Assembly (NCBI GenBank): GCA_049516875.1
Contig: JBEKSS010000001.1
Location: 224,001 to 288,000 of the forward strand
Origin: Candidatus Bathyarchaeia archaeon
GTDB taxonomy: Archaea; Thermoproteota; Bathyarchaeia; Bathyarchaeales; Bathycorpusculaceae
Reading direction: 5' to 3'
Length of the DNA stretch: 64,000 bases
Of this stretch, positions 57,368 to 64,000 are shown one piece after another. Position numbers and translations under genes: made by a program. Numbering within the stretch: position 1 is the stretch's first letter; each line of letters opens with the position of its first letter. Below the pieces are notes generated by a model that searched no databases, was not told the origin of the DNA, and saw only the letters and a list, made by a program, of their open reading frames with translations.

Positions 57368-58372
57368 ATGCCTAAACTGAAGATTTACGTCACACGACAA
57401 CTGCCAGAAAGAGGCTTGAGAATAATAAGGAAGTACTTTGACGCTGAAGTCTGGCCCGAATACGCCCCACCGCCCAAGAAGACCATAATAGAAAATGCCA
57501 AGAACGTGGACGCCCTCGCAACACTTCTGTCTGACAAGATAGACGCTGAAGTTTTTGAAGCCGCACCGAAACTAAAGATTATTTCACAGCTGGCGGTAGG
57601 CTTTGACAACATAGACATACCAGAAGCCACAAAAAGAGGCATCTACGTCACGAACACTCCTGAAGTGCTAACGGACACCACCGCAGACTTCGCGTGGGCC
57701 CTGCTTATGGCTGTTGCAAGACGAGTCGTGGAGGCAGACAAGTACGTTCGCACCGGACAATGGAAGGTCGGCTGGCACCCCGACATGATGACCGGCCGAG
57801 ACGTTCACGACGCGACCATAGGCATCGTCGGCGCTGGCAGAATAGGCTACGCCATGGCAAAGAGAGCAAAAGGGTTCGGTATGAAAATCCTCTTCTACGA
57901 CGTCATCCCCCGACCAGAAATGGAAAAAGACTTCGGCGCGAAGCGCACCGACATTGACACGCTCCTGAAAGAAGCGGACTTTGTCACCGTTCACGTCCCG
58001 TTGATGAAAGAGACACACCATCTGATGAACGAAGAGAAGCTTAGACTGATGAAGAAAACAGCTTACTTGATAAACAATGCACGCGGCCCAGTTGTTGACG
58101 AAAAGGCCCTGTACAAGGCGTTAAAAGAAGGCTGGATCGCAGGTGCAGGACTGGACGTTTTCGAACAAGAACCAGCACAAATGGACAATCCACTTCTCAA
58201 GTTTGATAACGTCGTGGTCGCCCCACACATCTCAAGCGCGAGCCTCGAAACCCGCTCGAAAATGGCTGAAATGGTTGCGGACAACCTCGTCTCTTTCTTT
58301 GAAGGAAAGAAACCGCCGAACCTCGCCAACCCAGACGTGATGAAGATTCGACCTTTGGCTAAACAAATCTGA
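57368..58372 (+). CDS. gyaR: Glyoxylate/hydroxypyruvate reductase
   Basis: AVGFDNID, VTNTPEVL, GAGRIG, NNARG, LDVFE, PHISSA. Confidence 0.93.
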   Translation: MPKLKIYVTRQLPERGLRIIRKYFDAEVWPEYAPPPKKTIIENAKNVDALATLLSDKIDAEVFEAAPKLKIISQLAVGFDNIDIPEATKRGIYVTNTPEVLTDTTADFAWALLMAVARRVVEADKYVRTGQWKVGWHPDMMTGRDVHDATIGIVGAGRIGYAMAKRAKGFGMKILFYDVIPRPEMEKDFGAKRTDIDTLLKEADFVTVHVPLMKETHHLMNEEKLRLMKKTAYLINNARGPVVDEKALYKALKEGWIAGAGLDVFEQEPAQMDNPLLKFDNVVVAPHISSASLETRSKMAEMVADNLVSFFEGKKPPNLANPDVMKIRPLAKQI

Positions 58373-58667
58373 AAGCATCAGTCCCAGCCCGACAATGCCC
58401 TCGCGCATCCTTCCCCACATCTTTTTCTGACGTCATTTAACGCCTAGCGCGCCGAATTCGTTTCACGTCTCAATGAATTTCGGGATCCCTTCCAGAGCCT
58501 GTCTGGGCCCCATCGTTCCAAACGCAATGTATGTGAAGCCTGAGACATCCTCCACCCAAATACATGGGATGCTTGTTACTGGACAATTTGAACATGCATT
58601 GACAGCAAGAAGAAGTAAAATAGTTAAATACTCATTCTTTTCTACCTTTAATTTCCTTCAAGACTAG

Positions 58668-59849
58668 GTGATTTGGATGAGCTCTATCTTTGCAGATAGA
58701 ATGAAGACCTTGGGAACAGAAACGGCTTTCGAAGTTCTTGCAAAGGCCAGAGCGCTTGAAAAGCAGGGAAAAGAGGTTGTGCACCTAGAAATAGGTGAAC
58801 CAGACTTTGACACGCCCAAGAACATCAAAGAGGCCGCTGTGAAAGCCCTCAATTCGGGCTACACTCATTACACCCCTTCTGCAGGAATGCCCGAACTGAG
58901 ACAAGCCGTCGCAGAGTATATTTCCAAGACCAGAAAATTGGACGTGAAGCCGGAAGAAGTCGTCGTCACGCCAGGCGCTAAGCCGATAATGTTCTTCAGC
59001 ATCCTGGCACTGGTGAACCCCGGTGACGAAGTACTGTATCCAAACCCGGGTTTCCCAATCTATGAGTCCTTGATAAACTTCGTCGGCGCCAAACCTGTTC
59101 CAATACCACTCAAAGAAGAAAACGAGTTCAGCCTTGACCCCGAATACGTCAAGAAGATGATAACGAAAAAGACGAAGATGATAATCCTTAACTCTCCAGA
59201 AAACCCGACAGGCGGGGTAGTGACACGAGAACAGCTGAAGGTCATAGCTGACTCCATAGCCAACAGAAATGACGTGTTCGTGCTTTCAGACGAAATCTAC
59301 AGCAGAATAGTCTACGAAGGCAAACACGAAAGTATAACGCAATTCTCAGGAATGAAAGACAAGACAATCCTACTAGATGGGTTCTCTAAGACCTACGCTA
59401 TGACCGGATGGAGACTCGGCTACGGAGTGATGAGAAAGGACCTGGCTGAAAAAGTTGCCCAACTGATGACCAACTCAAACTCTTGCACTTGTGCTTTCAC
59501 GCAGTTAGCCGGAGTTGAAGCTCTAACGGGACCGCAGAAAGAACCAGAAAGAATGGATGAAGAATTCAAGAAAAGAAGGGAAGTCATCGTTCCCGGCTTG
59601 AACAACATTGAGGGCATAACATGCAAGAAACCGCACGGAGCGTTCTACGTGTTCCCAAACATCACGGGAACAGGCATGGACTGTCGCAAACTAGGAGACC
59701 ACTTGCTCAACAACGCTGGCGTGGCAGTTCTACCAGGCACATCCTTCGGAAAATACGGTGAAGGCTATTTGCGTTTGTCCTTCGCCAACTCTGTTGAAAA
59801 CATCAAGAAAGCCTTAGACCGCATAGCAAAGGCTGTCAAGAAACACTAA
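58668..59849 (+). CDS. PLP-dependent class I aminotransferase (aspartate aminotransferase-like)
   Basis: IGEPDF, NSPENPTG, SDEIY, GFSKTYAMTGWRLG. Confidence 0.95.
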   Translation: MIWMSSIFADRMKTLGTETAFEVLAKARALEKQGKEVVHLEIGEPDFDTPKNIKEAAVKALNSGYTHYTPSAGMPELRQAVAEYISKTRKLDVKPEEVVVTPGAKPIMFFSILALVNPGDEVLYPNPGFPIYESLINFVGAKPVPIPLKEENEFSLDPEYVKKMITKKTKMIILNSPENPTGGVVTREQLKVIADSIANRNDVFVLSDEIYSRIVYEGKHESITQFSGMKDKTILLDGFSKTYAMTGWRLGYGVMRKDLAEKVAQLMTNSNSCTCAFTQLAGVEALTGPQKEPERMDEEFKKRREVIVPGLNNIEGITCKKPHGAFYVFPNITGTGMDCRKLGDHLLNNAGVAVLPGTSFGKYGEGYLRLSFANSVENIKKALDRIAKAVKKH

Positions 59850-59853
59850 ATCT

Positions 59854-60231
59854 CTAATCTTCCACTTTTTCTTCGGTCAAAGTCTCAACTACGTCTGACG
59901 CCAAGCGAACCAAATCGTCCGCCTGTTTCATAGCTTTCTCACCGTCAACTTCCTCAATCTGCGTCAACTGCTGAAACATCGCCTCAATCTCAACCAGAAA
60001 TCTCAAAACAGGATCACTTATCGGAGTCTGCATCTTCTCCGCCGTTTCCCTCACAACAAGCTCCACAAACGCAGGCTCTCCGAGACTGTAGTAAATAGCG
60101 TTTCGAGCCTTCCTGATAGCCTCCAAAACCAAGCTCGGAGCCATGTAAGGCATTTTTCTCGCGGCCTGAAGCTCCGCCTTCGCTTCGCGCAGATATCGCA
60201 ACGCCCAGCCTCTTCTGTAATCGTCCATCAT
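59854..60231 (-). CDS. Helical (HEPN-like) hypothetical protein
   Basis: WALRYLREAKAEL. Follows rps17e. Confidence 0.7.
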   Translation of the reverse strand: MMDDYRRGWALRYLREAKAELQAARKMPYMAPSLVLEAIRKARNAIYYSLGEPAFVELVVRETAEKMQTPISDPVLRFLVEIEAMFQQLTQIEEVDGEKAMKQADDLVRLASDVVETLTEEKVED

Positions 60232-60280
60232 TCGTTTTTCACTCTTAACTCGACAACAAGACCGCCGCGTCCCAGCAAGG

Positions 60281-60547
60281 TTACGGGCCCTCCGCGCCTT
60301 CCGCCACTGCTTCTGTCCCTTCCGTCTCTGCTTCCTCAGGAGTTTCCTCTTGCAGTTGCCTTTGTTCTGTTGCCACAAACTTTGTTATGTACCCGGCAAT
60401 TTGATTCAGAACTTTCGGCGTTCCTCCCTGCACCAGACTCTTAACGGCATGTTTGTTGTTTTCAAAGCTATTAGAGAATTTGTCGGGAAACCGCTTGATA
60501 AGTTCCTTAGCCGTTCGCTTGATTTGCTCCGTCCGCACGTTCCCCAA
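60281..60547 (-). CDS. rps17e: 30S ribosomal protein S17e
   Basis: MGNVRT...FENNK...NQIAGYIT. Confidence 0.95.
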   Translation of the reverse strand: MGNVRTEQIKRTAKELIKRFPDKFSNSFENNKHAVKSLVQGGTPKVLNQIAGYITKFVATEQRQLQEETPEEAETEGTEAVAEGAEGP

Positions 60548-60715
60548 ACTTCGTAGTCCTCCGAATATTCTTGGCTTTTTTACTCACTCCACCGCAAGTG
60601 AATTCTAGTTCGAACTCTCTTAAAACCAACAGTACTAATTTAAACTTACCCTACAGAACATTCAAAATACCCTATTTGCCATCCTCAGAACGCCCGAGTG
60701 TCAGCAGATTCGCAT

Positions 60716-61504
60716 TTACTCTTCAACGTTCAACTTTACATCGAAGAACTCTTGGAAATTTCTCAATACCTGTTCAGCAACCTCTTCGACGCCCATGTTC
60801 TTAACCTCCGCGAAAGCCCTAATCACGACGGGGATGAAGGCTGGTGTTGTTCTCTTTCCTTCAAAAGGTGCTTTGAAAAAACGAACGGGCCCATCGGTCT
60901 CCGTTAGCAAACTGGTTAGCGGCACCCTTCTGATCACGTCACGTATGCCGTTTGAATAGGCTGCAAGCGGTCCCTCGGTAACATAATACCCTCTTTCCAC
61001 AGCCGTGACAAGTGCGCTTATGGGATTGCTAAACCAGTGCAACATTACCTTCTTGAGCTTGTAGGAGGGAAGCATGTCGACAATCTGCGCAGTAGTGCCC
61101 CGCGAATGGATGATAGCGGGCAGACTGAGCTTCTCAGCCAAACGCAGCATCGAATCAAAAACCTTCACCTGTTCATCCCATATCTCCGTGTACTTAGAAT
61201 CCAACCCTATCTCGCCCACGGCGACGAACGCCTTGTTCCCCCTCTGCGCTGAGATCAACTCCAGCACTTGATGAAGCTCATCCTCCTTCAGACCCTTCAC
61301 AGTCCACGGATGAACACCCAGAGCAGCATAAACCATTCCAGGATGTTGTTCAGCCAGTTCCAGGCTTCTGATACAGGTTTTCAGATCCATTGAATTTGAA
61401 ACCAGAGCAACCACACTCGAGTTTTTGGCTTCAGTCAGGACTTCATCGAGACATCCTGCATACTCTTCGTCTGAAAGATGTATGTGTGCATCAACGAACT
61501 TCAT
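60716..61504 (-). CDS. tatD: TatD-family hydrolase
   Basis: DAHIH, GVHP, GEIGLD, IHSR, HWF, TETDGP. Confidence 0.95.
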   Translation of the reverse strand: MKFVDAHIHLSDEEYAGCLDEVLTEAKNSSVVALVSNSMDLKTCIRSLELAEQHPGMVYAALGVHPWTVKGLKEDELHQVLELISAQRGNKAFVAVGEIGLDSKYTEIWDEQVKVFDSMLRLAEKLSLPAIIHSRGTTAQIVDMLPSYKLKKVMLHWFSNPISALVTAVERGYYVTEGPLAAYSNGIRDVIRRVPLTSLLTETDGPVRFFKAPFEGKRTTPAFIPVVIRAFAEVKNMGVEEVAEQVLRNFQEFFDVKLNVEE

Positions 61505-61611
61505 TTGAGAATCACTTTAATAAACCACTCATACTGCGTCTGCTTTTATAAATTCGTCTGAAAGCTGGAAGTGCAGACTTTTATTTTCAGGGAGAAGATG
61601 ATGATAATGAA

Positions 61612-62505
61612 ATGAAGAAAGTGCACTGCAGGATCATAGATACGTATAATGATTTCCTTGGTTACTGGATGAACGCATGGTTCAAGGACGTGAACAGGCA
61701 GATTGAACTGTGGCAAACTTGCTACATGAAAAAATATCCAGAACTACTGGCCAAACAAGTGAAGAACTACCAAGAAATGAACGTTGATTGGCAAGAGATT
61801 GCCAAGAAAATATTCCCTCAAATGCGAACTCGTTTCGAACTGATGCACAAAGCAAGAAACAACATACTAACCTTGTGCAAACCCATCTGCGCAAAAGCTT
61901 CTGAGACGCTGGGGCTTGACTTCGACATTGTCTTCGTCGTTTATGTCGGCATTGGTTGTGGTGCAGGATGGGCAACAAAGTACAATGTGCAGCCGGCCGT
62001 TCTCATGGGTTTAGAAAGCATCGCAGAAGAAAAGTGGCATAAAAAGAGTAGACTTGAAGGCTTAATGTCTCATGAAGTAGGGCACCTCGTGCACATGAAA
62101 TGGAGACGACAGTGGAAATCCTTCGAAAAGGCCGCTGAAGAGCCACTGTTTCGACTCTATTGCGAAGGGTTTGCCCAACGATGCGAGCATCTTATTCTTC
62201 AAAAAGAGACGTGGCACATGACACAAGACGAGACGTGGCTTTCCTGGTGCAGTCAACATCGAGAGTGGCTGGCCAAGGAATTCCTTGCAAGATTGAAAAA
62301 AGGAGCGTCAGTGAACGATTTTTTCGGTTCATGGTTCAACATCAAAGGAAAAAAGCAGACAGGATATTATCTGGGACATTCATTCATCCGCGAACTTGAA
62401 AGAACCCTCAGCCTGAGAGAAATCGCTCTTTTCAACCTAGACATGGTAAGGAAGCTCGGCTTACAGTACCTAAAATCCGCCAGCAATACAACCCTGAATT
62501 GTTGA
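61612..62505 (+). CDS. Putative Zn-dependent protease (DUF2268-like)
   Basis: HEVGH...EGFA...GYYLG. Confidence 0.75.
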   Translation: MKKVHCRIIDTYNDFLGYWMNAWFKDVNRQIELWQTCYMKKYPELLAKQVKNYQEMNVDWQEIAKKIFPQMRTRFELMHKARNNILTLCKPICAKASETLGLDFDIVFVVYVGIGCGAGWATKYNVQPAVLMGLESIAEEKWHKKSRLEGLMSHEVGHLVHMKWRRQWKSFEKAAEEPLFRLYCEGFAQRCEHLILQKETWHMTQDETWLSWCSQHREWLAKEFLARLKKGASVNDFFGSWFNIKGKKQTGYYLGHSFIRELERTLSLREIALFNLDMVRKLGLQYLKSASNTTLNC

Positions 62506-62586
62506 GTAGTGCCATTCAATAGCAGCCATCAACAATAAACGTTAAATACGGCTTTAAATAGTAAAAGAGGCTACGGAGGACTCTTT

Positions 62587-62808
62587 GTGGTTGATTTAGA
62601 GTTGGCTGTAGCCCCAATGCATAGACTGTGCAAAAAGGCTGGAGCTGACAGAGTAAGCGAAGCGGCAGCGAAAGAACTTGCAAAAAACTTGGAGGAAATT
62701 GGCGTAAAAATCGCTAGAGAAGCGCTAGACTTCGCAATGCATGCTGGAAGAAAAACAATAAAATCTGAAGATATTGAAATCGCCGCCAGAAAAGTCATGG
62801 GCAAATAA
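62587..62808 (+). CDS. Archaeal histone
   Basis: LAVAPMHRL..AGADRVSE..HAGRKTIKSEDI. Confidence 0.96.
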   Translation: MVDLELAVAPMHRLCKKAGADRVSEAAAKELAKNLEEIGVKIAREALDFAMHAGRKTIKSEDIEIAARKVMGK

Positions 62809-62934
62809 ACCTTTTTTTGAGCTTCTCCCTTCTTTTTATCAAAACCGGCGCGAGACGATACAATCAAACAAGTTTTGAACGTGGAAAACCCTTAAGAACC
62901 TCAAACCGAACTTCAATTACAGAAGCTGATAAAC

Positions 62935-63258
62935 ATGGGTGGAAAAAAGAAGCTCAACCTGAAACAGATGGAACGAATGCAAGATAAGAAGGATGAGCAG
63001 GACAGAGAAAAGAAGAAGAAAGAAAAAGGCGGAGGGCCGAAAGAAAAGAAGGCTTCAGCGGTGGTTCCGCCAGACGCGAAAAACGATAAGATCATCGCAG
63101 AAGTGAAGAAAATGCACGTTTTGACGCCTTACGCCGTGGCCACTCGTTACAACATAAGAATAAGCGCCGCCAAGGATTTCTTGGAAGAGTTGCAACAAAA
63201 CGGCACGATTCAACTCGTTTCGGGAAGTCACAACATCAAAATATACAAGGCAGACTAA
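62935..63258 (+). CDS. rps25e: 30S ribosomal protein S25e
   Basis: MGGKKK...LTPYAVATRYNIRISAAK. Confidence 0.92.
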   Translation: MGGKKKLNLKQMERMQDKKDEQDREKKKKEKGGGPKEKKASAVVPPDAKNDKIIAEVKKMHVLTPYAVATRYNIRISAAKDFLEELQQNGTIQLVSGSHNIKIYKAD

Positions 63259-63328
63259 ACCATTCCATAGCTTCACACTCGCTCGTCCACGCACATCTCC
63301 AATTGACTGTTAAAAGGCCCAAACCTGC

Positions 63329-63808
63329 TTGGATTTTCCAAAGAGAATCTACACAGAGGAAGAAGTCAACAAGGCCAGAGAACTCATTGAAAAGGGATAC
63401 AAACACAGTCTGAGAGCTGAAGGAAGCCCAGCCTTCAAGCAGAAGGTAAAACGAGCACTCAAGCTTGTTAAAGCTGCAAGCTACTACGATTTCTTGAGAA
63501 CCTACATTCGCAAAGTAGAGGAAATTGACGGCCTGACGCAGCTCAGACAGGCAGAAGCGGCGATATGGGCGAACATGTACGCTGTGGAGAACCCTGTTGA
63601 TGCCGCCAGTCTTTTCGTGCAAAAGGCCAACCACATGAAGGAATACCTTGAGGGCAAGCTGTACTATGGTGGAGCCGCAGAGAAACGTTCTGACGAAAAA
63701 CGCATAGAATTTCTAAAAGTTTTGAAGACCAAAAGTCAGGAAGAACAGGTAAGAGAAGAATGTGAGAGAATCCTGAATTTGTGGAGAGAAAGTTACCTGG
63801 TTTATTAG
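63329..63808 (+). CDS. Hypothetical protein
   Basis: 159-aa ORF with host-like composition. Confidence 0.75.
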   Translation: MDFPKRIYTEEEVNKARELIEKGYKHSLRAEGSPAFKQKVKRALKLVKAASYYDFLRTYIRKVEEIDGLTQLRQAEAAIWANMYAVENPVDAASLFVQKANHMKEYLEGKLYYGGAAEKRSDEKRIEFLKVLKTKSQEEQVREECERILNLWRESYLVY

Positions 63809-64000
63809 ACGCTTTCAACCCTGATTTTTGTTCCACTCTTCACCTGTTTGAACAGTTCAAGGTTCGCAGTGATCTTGCCCAAGATGCTCACCGGGCTGTA
63901 AGGCTGGGAGTTGCCGTAGAATATGCATATAGCACTTCCCATCGGCCAAAATGCGATGGTACCGACTTCAACAGTGCCCTTGGCTTTCTCTTCACCCATC
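63805..64000 (-). CDS. Cyclophilin-like (DUF369) protein, C-terminal part
   Basis: GTIAFWPMGSAICIFYG...PVSILG. Runs off the right edge. Confidence 0.85.
   Translation of the reverse strand, partial: MGEEKAKGTVEVGTIAFWPMGSAICIFYGNSQPYSPVSILGKITANLELFKQVKSGTKIRVESV

Noticed and set aside
58380-58600. Possible pseudogene between gyaR and the aminotransferase
   Set aside because: It reads as coding-like debris around GCGCGC 58447, but I could not assign a family.

Overview
Archaeal chromosomal window, most likely Bathyarchaeia (TACK). This is inferred from eS25 together with an HMf-type histone, TFE-beta, KEOPS genes and the local type of tyrosine-integrase remnant. The right half is mostly housekeeping: rps15, a DHH/RecJ-like gene, pcc1, bud32, kae1, rlmE, nadC, a proteasome beta subunit, nadM, cofE, glycerate kinase/gyaR, rps17e, histone and rps25e, with one TnpB-only IS200/IS605 element. 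The left half has a split glutamate synthase operon, tRNA-Thr(GGT), an intron-containing tRNA-Met and a patchwork of accessory genes. Four tRNA-Leu 3'-end att scars and integrase relics lie among them. The main unexplained signal is a (GC)n palindrome (GCGCGC, GCGCGCGC or AGCGCGCGCT). At least 18 copies sit in intergenic or junction DNA. They bracket accessory genes as direct repeats (vapBC, a nitroreductase, a foreign-looking proteasome-alpha-like gene, a regulator plus surface protein pair) and mark the points where an integrase, an att arm and other genes are cut off. This suggests an undescribed palindrome-directed gene capture/deletion system. Other notable items are a 151-bp structured repeat in two inverted copies with local strand skew, a solo IS left end placed like a promoter before the DHH gene, a Zn-finger-less TnpB, a non-canonical 45/46 tRNA intron and a pilin-roadblock cluster. 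All calls are by eye from the sequence; no database searches were run.
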